64,000 bases of DNA from an uncultured Gammaproteobacteria bacterium (GTDB lineage: Bacteria; Patescibacteriota; Microgenomatia; UBA1406; GWC2-37-13): the NCBI GenBank assembly GCA_964452355.1, contig CAYVKV010000003.1, positions 31,152 to 95,151 of the forward strand. The letters are read 5' to 3'. Under the pieces are notes generated by a model. The model made no database searches. It worked only from the letters and a program-made list of their open reading frames with translations, and was not told the origin of the DNA. The translations under genes were made by a program, and so were the position numbers. Numbering within the stretch: position 1 is the first letter of the stretch; the number at the start of each line of letters is the position of its first letter. Shown one piece after another: positions 40,911-49,895 of the stretch.

Positions 40911-41835
40911 ATCATCAAAAATATACATTGCCGGACATACGGGACTTATCGGAAGCGCCCTTGTTCGCAAATACACCCGAGAAGGATACCCGAATATTCT
41001 GACCAAAACTCATCACGAACTTGATTTAACCGACAACACAAAAGTCAATCAATTTTTTTTAAAGAAGCAGCCTGATTATGTGATTTTGGCTGCAGCAAAA
41101 GTTGGGGGAATACAAGCAAATATTGCGCGTCCTGCACGTTTTTTGATTGAAAATATGCTCATTCAAAATAATGTCATTCTGTCAGCCCTTGAATATGGGG
41201 TAAAAAAGTTGTTATTTATCTCCTGTGGATGTGCATACCCGACACAATCTCCGCAACCGATAAAAGAAGAGTACCTCCTGTCGGGGAAGCTTGAACAAAC
41301 AAATGAAGGTTTTGCGATTGCAAAAATTGCAGGAATGAAACTCTGTGAAAAAATCAACCTTGAATATAAGAAAGAGTTTCTTACATGCATCGCAGCAAAT
41401 ACCTACGGAGAACATGACCATTTTGATGAAGAAAGATCGCACGTCATATCGGCCCTCATAAAGAAGTTTCATCAGGCAAAAGTCGAAAATCTATCTAATG
41501 TAACAATCTGGGGAACGGGAACGGCTCAGCGAGAATTTATCTACGTTGATGATCTTGCTGATGGTTTGCATCTTCTTATGGAGGAATATTCCAGTTCCGA
41601 ACCGATTAATATCGGCAGTGGTCAAGAATTCACTATCAAAAAATTGAGTGAAATTATTCAAAGAGTAGTAAAATATGAAGGAAAAGTCACATTTGATTCC
41701 TCAAAACCTGACGGGATGAAACGAAGAATATTTGATAGTAATAAAATCATGGATCTTGGATTTAAGCCACAAATATCATTTGAAGAAGGAATAAAACGAG
41801 CGTATCAGTTTTATTGCGTGTCATCCCGCACTTGA
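40903..41835 (+). CDS. GDP-L-fucose synthase family (Fcl / GDP-L-colitose synthase ColC-like 3,5-epimerase-4-reductase)
   Basis: KIYIAGHTGLIGSALVRKY and ELDLTDNTKVNQFFLKKQPDYVILAAAKVGGIQAN match Fcl closely. ATG at 40903 overlaps the upstream stop by 8 nt. The track start 40780 is rejected. Confidence 0.85.
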   Translation: MNKSSKIYIAGHTGLIGSALVRKYTREGYPNILTKTHHELDLTDNTKVNQFFLKKQPDYVILAAAKVGGIQANIARPARFLIENMLIQNNVILSALEYGVKKLLFISCGCAYPTQSPQPIKEEYLLSGKLEQTNEGFAIAKIAGMKLCEKINLEYKKEFLTCIAANTYGEHDHFDEERSHVISALIKKFHQAKVENLSNVTIWGTGTAQREFIYVDDLADGLHLLMEEYSSSEPINIGSGQEFTIKKLSEIIQRVVKYEGKVTFDSSKPDGMKRRIFDSNKIMDLGFKPQISFEEGIKRAYQFYCVSSRT

Positions 41836-41843
41836 TGCGGGAT
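41823..41843 (+). other. Small hairpin spanning the fcl-like stop codon
   Basis: ATCCCGCA-CTTGA-TGCGGGAT (8-bp stem, 5-nt loop) covers the TGA at 41833-41835. No T tract, so it is not a canonical terminator. Confidence 0.3.
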
Positions 41844-41868
41844 CCACTCTTAATTCACAACAAACATC

Positions 41869-42411
41869 ATGAGCATTTTTTCAAAATTAATTTGTTATTT
41901 ACTGAGGATTCCCGCACAACTCAAGGGAATGCGGTTTGGAAAAAATAGTTTTATCGGCCCAGGGTATGATTTTCTCTTTTTAAATCTGAGAAATGTAGAA
42001 GTCAAAAACAATGTTATGATCGGGTCTCGGGCATGGTTTCAGACCGTTGACTCTGGAAAAATAACGATTGGATCGGGGACACATATCGGACGAGATGCTG
42101 TTCTTTCTGCACGGGATGAAATAACAATCGGTGAAAATTGTTTACTGTCATATCGTGTGTCCATTCTTGACCACGATCATAAACTTGATCGTTCAATAAA
42201 ATCTCCTATGAGGAGCGGTCTCACGAAAGGACAAAAAGTGACAATTGGCAATAACTGCTTTATCGGAGCAAATGTTTGTATTATAAAAGGAGTTACTCTT
42301 GGAAATCATTGTGTCGTTGGTGCAAATAGCGTCGTGACAAAATCCTATCCGGCATTTTCAATGTTGGGTGGAAATCCTGCAAAACGTATTAAAAAACTTC
42401 CCTTAAAATAA
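41869..42411 (+). CDS. Left-handed beta-helix (hexapeptide repeat) O-acetyltransferase
   Basis: Hexapeptide repeats IGNNCFIGANVCIIKGVTLGNHCVVGANSVV. About 180 aa, like WbbJ/MAT-type sugar acetyltransferases. Confidence 0.85.
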   Translation: MSIFSKLICYLLRIPAQLKGMRFGKNSFIGPGYDFLFLNLRNVEVKNNVMIGSRAWFQTVDSGKITIGSGTHIGRDAVLSARDEITIGENCLLSYRVSILDHDHKLDRSIKSPMRSGLTKGQKVTIGNNCFIGANVCIIKGVTLGNHCVVGANSVVTKSYPAFSMLGGNPAKRIKKLPLK

Positions 42412-43680
42412 TTACACAATCTTCAAATAGGGGATCGTAATGATAAACTGCCCACCACGTTCTCGATATTCTTTATTTTTTTCGATAATCTCTTTGGCAA
42501 AATTCCACGACATGAGAAGTGCATAGTCGGGAGTATCTGTTTTTAATTTAGTTTCTGAATAAATGGGAATATGAGTTCCCGGTGTATATTTTCCTTGTTT
42601 ATAGGGAGTTGAGTCGACAATATAATCGAGAATGTCTGTTGAAATATTGCAATAATTAGTAAGGACATTACCTTTTGCAGAAGCGCCATACCCAATGATT
42701 GATCGATTCTCCTTTTTTATTCGTTTTAAGAAATGAAGTAAATCCCGTTTGATCACTTTGACTCTCCGTGCAAACTCATCATAGGTGGATCTTACATGTA
42801 ATTTTTTGAGATTTTCCTCTGCGACAAATTTTCCAACCCGTGGGTGGATTGAATACGAACCATCAACATGAGCAGCAAAAATACGTACCGTCCCACCATG
42901 AATACTTTGTTTTTTGATATCAACAATTTTGAGTTTATATTTTTCAAATAACTTCATGAGTGGTCGAATGGAAATGTAGCTCAGATGTTCATGATAGATT
43001 GTGTCAAATTCATTATTGTCCAATAAATCAATGAGATATGGCGCCTCAATCACAAATAAACCTTTTGAATGAAGGAGTATTTTTACTCCCTTCATGACGC
43101 TGTGAAGATCATCAATATGCGCAAAAACATTCGTTGCGGTGATCGCTTTAGCAGTGCCAAATTTTTGGTAAACTTTTTGGGCCGTTTTTTCATTGAAATA
43201 ATCGGCTATTGTTGCGATGCCACGGGCGTTTGTGTCTTTGGCAATATTTTCTGCAGGATCAATACCGAGAACGTTCAGTTTTTTCTTTTTGAAAAATGAC
43301 AAGAGTGTCCCGTCATTACTTCCAATATCAATAACCAGTTCATTTTTGAGGGGGTTTATCGCGGCGATCACATCGGTTGCTAATTTTTGAAAATGTTCAA
43401 CCATTGTTTTGGATGCTGAAGGAATATAGAGATAATTCTTAAACATAATTTCTGCGGGTATTGTATGCGTAAGTTGCACAAGCCAACATGATTCACATAC
43501 GCAGATTTTCAAAGGGTAATGGAGTTCTTGCTTTTTCAGATCTTTCTTCCCAAGAAACCCATTGGGTATCGGCATAGATCCGAGAGAGAGGAAGGAATAT
43601 AGTTTTGAAGACCCACACATCCGACAGGTGGTGCGTCGATATTCGCTTGCAGAAACCTTCTTTTTTTGGCGCTTTCTCAT
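42412..43680 (-). CDS. NDP-hexose C-methyltransferase family (TylC3/EvaC-like: Zn-ribbon + class I MT + C-terminal domain)
   Basis: 422 aa. CRMCGSSKL...PLKICVCESCWLVQL...FKNYLYIPSASKTMVEHF, then VIDIGSNDGTLL. Its stop codon abuts the acetyltransferase stop with 0 nt between them. Confidence 0.75.
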   Translation of the reverse strand: MRKRQKKKVSASEYRRTTCRMCGSSKLYSFLSLGSMPIPNGFLGKKDLKKQELHYPLKICVCESCWLVQLTHTIPAEIMFKNYLYIPSASKTMVEHFQKLATDVIAAINPLKNELVIDIGSNDGTLLSFFKKKKLNVLGIDPAENIAKDTNARGIATIADYFNEKTAQKVYQKFGTAKAITATNVFAHIDDLHSVMKGVKILLHSKGLFVIEAPYLIDLLDNNEFDTIYHEHLSYISIRPLMKLFEKYKLKIVDIKKQSIHGGTVRIFAAHVDGSYSIHPRVGKFVAEENLKKLHVRSTYDEFARRVKVIKRDLLHFLKRIKKENRSIIGYGASAKGNVLTNYCNISTDILDYIVDSTPYKQGKYTPGTHIPIYSETKLKTDTPDYALLMSWNFAKEIIEKNKEYRERGGQFIITIPYLKIV

Positions 43681-43712
43681 AGTACAATTATACTGAAAAA
43701 AGAATTCACACT

Positions 43713-44630
43713 ATGAGCACTTCAAAAAAACCAATGGTCAGCGTTGGCATTCCCGTTTGCAATGGGGAACAGTACATTCAAGAATCTCTTGTTTGCATTT
43801 TGAATCAGACATACTCAAACCTTGAGATTATCATTTCTGACGATAACTCAAAAGATAAATCGTACAAAATTCTTAAATCGTATGCTACCACTGACTCACG
43901 AATCACATTGGTTCAGCAAAAAAAACGAATTGGACCAATCAACAATTTCAATTATGTACTGGAGAAAGCACGGGGAGAATATTTTGTTTGGGTAGCACAA
44001 GATGATCTGCATGATAAGGAGTTTATAAAAGCACTGCTTGATCACATGCAAAAAGATAAGAATGTAACCCTTGCAATGAGTGATTATCGAAATCTATACA
44101 AGGACAAAACGTATAAAGTCTATGAAGCGCCGTCTCATAGCATAAAGTCACCGACTGATTCCCTAAATTACTTTCTCAAAACACATAATCTTTCACTGTT
44201 TTATGGTCTCCACCTGACGAATGTTCTTAAGAAAATTGGAGGATATCATACGGATATGAGACCATACTTTGGAAGCAGTGATTTTTTGATGATCTTTAAA
44301 ACGCTTCTTCTTGGAAATCTGAGTTTTGTTGACAAAGTGTTGTTTTACAAACGTGACACAGGAATGTATACCGATGAATTTTCAAATTTACGAAACCGTC
44401 CAATGAACATTTTGAGTAATAAAATAGTAAGATATGCATTATTTCCCATTCATTATGTCTTTGATTGTATTTTTGGAATAAATTATTTATTGCGATCCGA
44501 TCTAAAAATTGTTGACAAAATGCAAGTTGCCCTGTGGCTTACCAAATGCACGTTTCGACTTTTTGGAGGATATATTGTCAAATCAACAAAAGGGAGCATG
44601 ATATTATTTCGAAGAATGATAGGGGTATGA
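43713..44630 (+). CDS. Glycosyltransferase family 2
   Basis: VSVGIPVCNGEQYIQESLVCILNQTYSNLEIIISDDNSKDKS and WVAQDD. Confidence 0.9.
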   Translation: MSTSKKPMVSVGIPVCNGEQYIQESLVCILNQTYSNLEIIISDDNSKDKSYKILKSYATTDSRITLVQQKKRIGPINNFNYVLEKARGEYFVWVAQDDLHDKEFIKALLDHMQKDKNVTLAMSDYRNLYKDKTYKVYEAPSHSIKSPTDSLNYFLKTHNLSLFYGLHLTNVLKKIGGYHTDMRPYFGSSDFLMIFKTLLLGNLSFVDKVLFYKRDTGMYTDEFSNLRNRPMNILSNKIVRYALFPIHYVFDCIFGINYLLRSDLKIVDKMQVALWLTKCTFRLFGGYIVKSTKGSMILFRRMIGV

Positions 44631-45724
44631 AAAAAATTATCGTATTCTTAAATGCATATAGTCAGGGAATAAGTGGTGCAGACAAAATTTGTATTGAAAC
44701 GTGGAAGCATTTTGATGAGAAGCATGTCACGGTCATGACATCGCGTGAAGGAAAGAACGTATGCGAAAATTTTAAACTCAAAGCGCGCTTTATCATCACC
44801 ACATCCGAACAGACTTTTCATAATCCACTCAATACCTATCTTAAACGAATCATTATTGGCATTTGGAGAGCGATTACCGCTTCAAATCAAGATGTATTGT
44901 ATTCATCATCTGACCAACTGCCTGATATTCTTCCGGCTCTGATTTTCAAACTCAGAAACAGAGATGCTCAATGGATTGTGCGTAGCTATCATATCATTCC
45001 AAAAAAACGACTCATATCCTATCTTGCTCAAAGATTTAGCTTTTTTATCATAAATATTCTTGAAGCGACAATGATCACTGCAAGCACATTGATGAAGAAT
45101 GAGTTGCTTCGGAATGGATTTCCATCAGAGCATGTTCATATTGTTTATCCGGGAATTACGATATCTAAAATGCTAAAGAGAAGAACAACAAATAAATACG
45201 AGGCAGTGTTTATGTCGAGACTTCACGAGTCGAAAGGTATTTTTGACCTTATTGATATCTGGAAAAAAGTTATAAAAAAAATGCCGAATGCTTCACTCAA
45301 AATCATAGGAACTGGTGAAAAACAGACAATTCAGAAACTAAATAATTTAATTAAGATAAATAATCTTGAAAGTACTATTACGCTTCTCGGACACCAGTCT
45401 GATGAAAAAGCAAAGTTAATTATTTCTAATTGTCATTTATTCGTATTTCCCAGTCATGAAGAAGGGTTTAGCCTGACAATCGCCGAGGTACTGCTCATGG
45501 AGATACCAATCATAACCTATGATCTGCCGATTTATCAGGATGTATTTCCCAATGCATTATCTAAGGTACCCAATGCGGATATCAATGCGTTTGCAGATCG
45601 GATTATTGATGTATTTCACAACAAACACAAGTATGATAAGAAAGTTAATCTTGGAAGAGATATGGTAAAAAAATATACATGGAAACATGCAATTGCAAAT
45701 GAACTTAGATTATTAGATTTATGA
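44627..45724 (+). CDS. Glycosyltransferase family 4 (GT-B, Glycos_transf_1)
   Basis: The ATG at 44627 forms an ATGA overlap with the upstream stop. C-terminal FVFPSHEEGFSLTIAEVLLMEIPIITYD is the EX7E motif. Confidence 0.85.
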   Translation: MKKIIVFLNAYSQGISGADKICIETWKHFDEKHVTVMTSREGKNVCENFKLKARFIITTSEQTFHNPLNTYLKRIIIGIWRAITASNQDVLYSSSDQLPDILPALIFKLRNRDAQWIVRSYHIIPKKRLISYLAQRFSFFIINILEATMITASTLMKNELLRNGFPSEHVHIVYPGITISKMLKRRTTNKYEAVFMSRLHESKGIFDLIDIWKKVIKKMPNASLKIIGTGEKQTIQKLNNLIKINNLESTITLLGHQSDEKAKLIISNCHLFVFPSHEEGFSLTIAEVLLMEIPIITYDLPIYQDVFPNALSKVPNADINAFADRIIDVFHNKHKYDKKVNLGRDMVKKYTWKHAIANELRLLDL

Positions 45725-46815
45725 GTATCATAAATAACATTCGATATACAATTCAATACATCCGAGTCACAATTATTGAATATACTTTATATGCAATAGA
45801 TGATCCGAAGCTTATTTGGAATATTCCCCGACGATTTTTTGAAGAAATCTCATTGTACGTCAAATATTGGATTGCAAAAAGTACTCATTCGAGCAAAAAT
45901 ACTCACGTCCGACAGGAGCTTTTTAAGCTTAACGCAGAGATGGAAAAAGGAGATGATCTTTATAAGCCATCTCTTATTTGGAAAGATATTTATGAGCAGT
46001 TTGATCGCGTTCTTCATGTTGAACATTTATCAAACTTTAAATCACAACGATACAATTCGCGATTTGCAGATCTGCCGCCGACTTCTCAGGATATTTACCC
46101 CCGATTTCTTTGGATCTATTGGAACAGTATTAAACAGAGAGACACATTAAACTTACTAAACACTATCCATGAGCCAAAGCTTGGAGGAGCAAAAACGTAT
46201 AAAATCGATGGGAAAGAAATAACTCACGACTTACTTCAATCTTTCGATGAATTTTATCAAATGTATCCCCACTTAAATTCTTTAAAGAATCATACTGTTA
46301 TTGCAGAGCTGGGAGCAGGGTATGGTCGACTGGGGTACGTTTTTCTCAAAGCAATGACAAATAACACCTATGTTGTCATTGATCTTCCAGGAACCTTGGT
46401 TATTGCCCAATATTACCTTTCAAAAGTCTTCTCAAATGAAAAAATATTGACGTACCAAAAAAGCAAAAAGCTCAAAAAAATAACTAAAAAAATACTCTCT
46501 CAGTATAGAATTGTATTTCTTGCCCCGTGGCAACTTCCCGATGTCGATGAAAAAGTCTTTGACTTATTTATAAATATTTATTCATTTCAAGAAATGACCG
46601 TTGACCAAATTCAAAACTACTTTCGCTTAATTGATTTAACATGTTGTCGTTTATTCTTTACCAAACAATTTACTCGTTCATACAATCCAAAAGATGAGAT
46701 TGTTATTCTGAAAAAACAGTACCCTGTCTATTCAACATGGAAAAAAATCTATGACCGTCCCTCGACAATAAGTCAAGATATTTTTGAAGCGCTCTATAAA
46801 ATTCCATCTCATTAA
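45721..46815 (+). CDS. Putative SAM-dependent (sugar O-) methyltransferase-like protein
   Basis: 364 aa with an ATGA overlap upstream. The glycine-rich IAELGAGYGRLGYVFLK...VVIDLP resembles the motif I/post-I arrangement. The family assignment is tentative. Confidence 0.45.
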   Translation: MSIINNIRYTIQYIRVTIIEYTLYAIDDPKLIWNIPRRFFEEISLYVKYWIAKSTHSSKNTHVRQELFKLNAEMEKGDDLYKPSLIWKDIYEQFDRVLHVEHLSNFKSQRYNSRFADLPPTSQDIYPRFLWIYWNSIKQRDTLNLLNTIHEPKLGGAKTYKIDGKEITHDLLQSFDEFYQMYPHLNSLKNHTVIAELGAGYGRLGYVFLKAMTNNTYVVIDLPGTLVIAQYYLSKVFSNEKILTYQKSKKLKKITKKILSQYRIVFLAPWQLPDVDEKVFDLFINIYSFQEMTVDQIQNYFRLIDLTCCRLFFTKQFTRSYNPKDEIVILKKQYPVYSTWKKIYDRPSTISQDIFEALYKIPSH

Positions 46816-46828
46816 CGTGCAAAAAAAT

Positions 46829-48544
46829 ATGAAGCAACATATCCAGAAATCCGTTTCTCTCCTCATTCCCGTTTACAAAGGATCGCAAACTCTTGACGCA
46901 GCTCTCAACAGCGTATTAGATCAAACAACACCTCCTGATGAAGTCATTATCGGAGATGATACGCCACTATCTGATAAACGAGAGGTTCAAAAGATTAGAA
47001 AAATGGTCGAACGCTTTCAAAAAAAAACATCGTATCCTGTTCTCTTTATCAAAAATAAAATCAATCTTGGTTGTCAGGGAAACTTTCAAAAATTGACTGA
47101 TCGCGCAACTAAAGATATTGTATTTTACCTTGCACATGATGATATTTTATCGACAGATGCAATCGCAATTGTTAAGAACGTTTTTCAAAAAAATCCAACC
47201 GTTGGGTTCATGACCCGTCCCTATTTCTGGTTTTATGAAAATATCAATAAGCCCATTCGTCATGTTCCACCGCCAAATCTTGAAGCTCATACTATCATTC
47301 CTTCAGTAACTGAACTTATCAAAAAGAATAATGACCGTGAAATTCAAAAAGCAATCCATGCCGTTTTTGGTTCAATTGGTCAAATCTCCGGACTTGGCTT
47401 AAGAAGAAAATGGATTAAGGAATCATTTCATGAAGATATTTTTCCCGGTCATATGTATCCGATTGCAGATATGTGGAAGACGCGCCGTGGAATATTTATT
47501 AAAGAATATATTCTCGCGCTCGGCACTGCGACAAGTCAAAGTCGCACTCTTTCCGGAATATACGATGATTCGCCAACTGAACAATGGATGCGAATGTTTC
47601 GATATACCTTTGAAAAAAGAATGTACCGAAAAATACTCTATGAATGTACAGAGCATATCGCAACAAATTACCTCGGACTCATTCAAATCAAAAATTTTAG
47701 CTCCTTGAGAAATGTTTTCAAAGAAATAATGATTCTTTTAAAGTATCGATTCAATAACATCCTCGAAATCAATTTCTGGTTCTATGTCGCACTGTCCCTT
47801 CTTATTCCCCGAAAAATCTTGTCGTTTGGTACTGATTGGTATAAAAATACCATTCTGTCCCGAACAATTCCCTGCATAGCATTTGTACGGGCAGATCATG
47901 TTCTGCCCCCTTCACACAACATTAATTATGATAGCTGTGCCCGAGCATACAAGCAAAAAATCGAGTCGTTTGCAAAAAATACAAAAAATAAAAAAGTATT
48001 GGATTTTGGATGTGGATTTGGCAATTACACATCGCTTTTTACCCATTCAAAAAACTCGGTAATCGGACTTGATATCCATGATATCCGCTCAAAGCAATAC
48101 CGCGATTTTAAAATCAAACTGTACGATGGATTTACCATTCCTTTTAAAGCAAATACGTTTGATGTTGTCGTTTCATTTGATGTTATTGAACATATTGAAC
48201 ATGACGTACATTCAATAAAAGAAATGTATCGAGTATTAAAACCGGGGGGTGTGATTTTTATAGCCACCCCAAATAGGCACCGACTCGCAAGTCTCATCAA
48301 AATGGTTATTGGAAAAAAAGATATATTTCCTAAAGTTATGCAATATGATGGAATCGGTGGCAAATCAACTCATATCACTGAGTACACAACTCAAGAACTA
48401 AGCAAACTCCTTAAAGGTGCGGGATTTACAAATGTACAGCCATCACCCATTTGGCTTGGATTACGTGGTCGGATTAATTTTGGCTTTAACCAGAACATCA
48501 TTCCATTCTTAAATCACTCGTTGTTTATCCTGGCTTCAAAATAG
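46829..48544 (+). CDS. Fusion protein: N-terminal GT2 glycosyltransferase + C-terminal class I SAM methyltransferase
   Basis: VSLLIPVYKGSQTLDAALNSVLDQTTPPDEVIIGDD and AHDD form the N-terminal part. The C-terminal part is VLDFGCGFGNYTSLF...FDVVVSFDVIEHIEHD...LKPGGVIFIATPN. ATG at 46829 is preferred over 46784. Confidence 0.8.
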   Translation: MKQHIQKSVSLLIPVYKGSQTLDAALNSVLDQTTPPDEVIIGDDTPLSDKREVQKIRKMVERFQKKTSYPVLFIKNKINLGCQGNFQKLTDRATKDIVFYLAHDDILSTDAIAIVKNVFQKNPTVGFMTRPYFWFYENINKPIRHVPPPNLEAHTIIPSVTELIKKNNDREIQKAIHAVFGSIGQISGLGLRRKWIKESFHEDIFPGHMYPIADMWKTRRGIFIKEYILALGTATSQSRTLSGIYDDSPTEQWMRMFRYTFEKRMYRKILYECTEHIATNYLGLIQIKNFSSLRNVFKEIMILLKYRFNNILEINFWFYVALSLLIPRKILSFGTDWYKNTILSRTIPCIAFVRADHVLPPSHNINYDSCARAYKQKIESFAKNTKNKKVLDFGCGFGNYTSLFTHSKNSVIGLDIHDIRSKQYRDFKIKLYDGFTIPFKANTFDVVVSFDVIEHIEHDVHSIKEMYRVLKPGGVIFIATPNRHRLASLIKMVIGKKDIFPKVMQYDGIGGKSTHITEYTTQELSKLLKGAGFTNVQPSPIWLGLRGRINFGFNQNIIPFLNHSLFILASK

Positions 48545-48625
48545 TACAAATAAACGAGTTTAAGCGTTGTCATTTGTACAAAAGAGTTTAAAATGAGATA
48601 TGCGCAAAAATTTCGTTAAACCAAT

Positions 48626-49888
48626 ATGAAGCCGAAACTTCTCAAGTTTGCAAAAAACACTTTTATTCAGGGAGGATTCCTCATAACCGCCTCAAGTTTT
48701 ATTGGAGGTTTTTTGAATTATCTTTTTAATATTTTTGCCGGTCGCGCACTTGGCCCTGAAGGGTATGGTGAGATTGCAGCGCTCTTTGCTTATATGGCTG
48801 TTTTATCGATTCCTATGGGGACGATCACCTCGCTTCTCATTCAAAAAATAGGAAGCGCCGAAAATCCAAATGAATATGCGGTTGCCGTTCATACGTGGAT
48901 TTTAGATAAATCAAAAAAATGGTGGTTCTTGCTATTGGGAACTGTTGCAATAACCCCATTCATTCCTGCACTCACCAATCTGACTCCACTCAGTGGATAT
49001 ATACTTCCAGTAATAATGGTTCTGTCGTTTGCCGGCTCCTACTACACGGGAGCGCTACAAGGACTTCATATATTCTTTTGGTTTGCAATAATTTCAATTG
49101 GAAGTGTCGCGTTAAAACTTGCCGGTTCTCTCCTGGCATTATACGGATTTGGCGGGCTTGAAATGGTTCTCATATTTCTGGTTGTTTCTGGGGTGGCGAG
49201 CCTTCTGATGAGTCATATTGTTTTTGTGCGGCAAATTCAGAAAAAAGGGGACACAACAATCATCAAATCAAAACGAATCAGAGATATTTTCAAGGATCGT
49301 CAACTGTGGTTGACCACTGGAGTGACCGGGGCGCTCGCGCTTATCAATAATGTTGATATCATGTTTGTTAAAAAAGTTTTTGATGCAGAGCAGGCGGGGA
49401 TTTATAGTTCATGGTCATTATTTGCCAAAATTATCTTTTATATACTGGGTCCGATCTTGACAATGGCCTTCATATTCTTTTCAAGCAAAAAACACGAAAT
49501 CAAACATCAAATTGTGTTTATCGGCTCATTTATATTCCTTGCAGCAATTGGGGTTATTGCCAATTTGGGATATGGCGCGTTTGGCAGACAAATTGTAGAC
49601 AATCTCTTTGGGCAAAAATTTTGGAGCGTCATTCCGTACCTTGAATGGGCTGCATATTTTGGTACCGGATACACCATGATGACGTTTATGACATTTTACT
49701 ATTTGGCAAAAAAAAGCAAACTTTCGCTTCTACCGGTTGCACTGTTTCCCGTGTATTTAGTAATTCTTTTACTGTTTTCCAAAATTCTTCCTGATGTCAT
49801 GTACATAAGCACCATATATACGTACGTAGTCATTACCATCTTTCTTTTAGTATTTTTCAAAGACCGATTGTTATTTTTAATTCGGTAA
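48626..49888 (+). CDS. Wzx-like oligosaccharide flippase (MOP superfamily)
   Basis: 420 aa with ~12 predicted TM helices. The N-terminus KNTFIQGGFLITASSFIGGFLNYLFNIFAGRALGPEGYGEIAALFA is typical of polysaccharide-biosynthesis flippases. Confidence 0.75.
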   Translation: MKPKLLKFAKNTFIQGGFLITASSFIGGFLNYLFNIFAGRALGPEGYGEIAALFAYMAVLSIPMGTITSLLIQKIGSAENPNEYAVAVHTWILDKSKKWWFLLLGTVAITPFIPALTNLTPLSGYILPVIMVLSFAGSYYTGALQGLHIFFWFAIISIGSVALKLAGSLLALYGFGGLEMVLIFLVVSGVASLLMSHIVFVRQIQKKGDTTIIKSKRIRDIFKDRQLWLTTGVTGALALINNVDIMFVKKVFDAEQAGIYSSWSLFAKIIFYILGPILTMAFIFFSSKKHEIKHQIVFIGSFIFLAAIGVIANLGYGAFGRQIVDNLFGQKFWSVIPYLEWAAYFGTGYTMMTFMTFYYLAKKSKLSLLPVALFPVYLVILLLFSKILPDVMYISTIYTYVVITIFLLVFFKDRLLFLIR

Positions 49889-49895
49889 ATTTGGT

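Noticed and set aside
48544-48579. Inverted repeat GTACAAAT...ATTTGTAC after the GT2-MT fusion gene as a terminator.
   Set aside because: The loop is long (~20 nt), the stem is AT-rich and there is no downstream T tract. The flippase gene follows in the same orientation and is probably co-transcribed.
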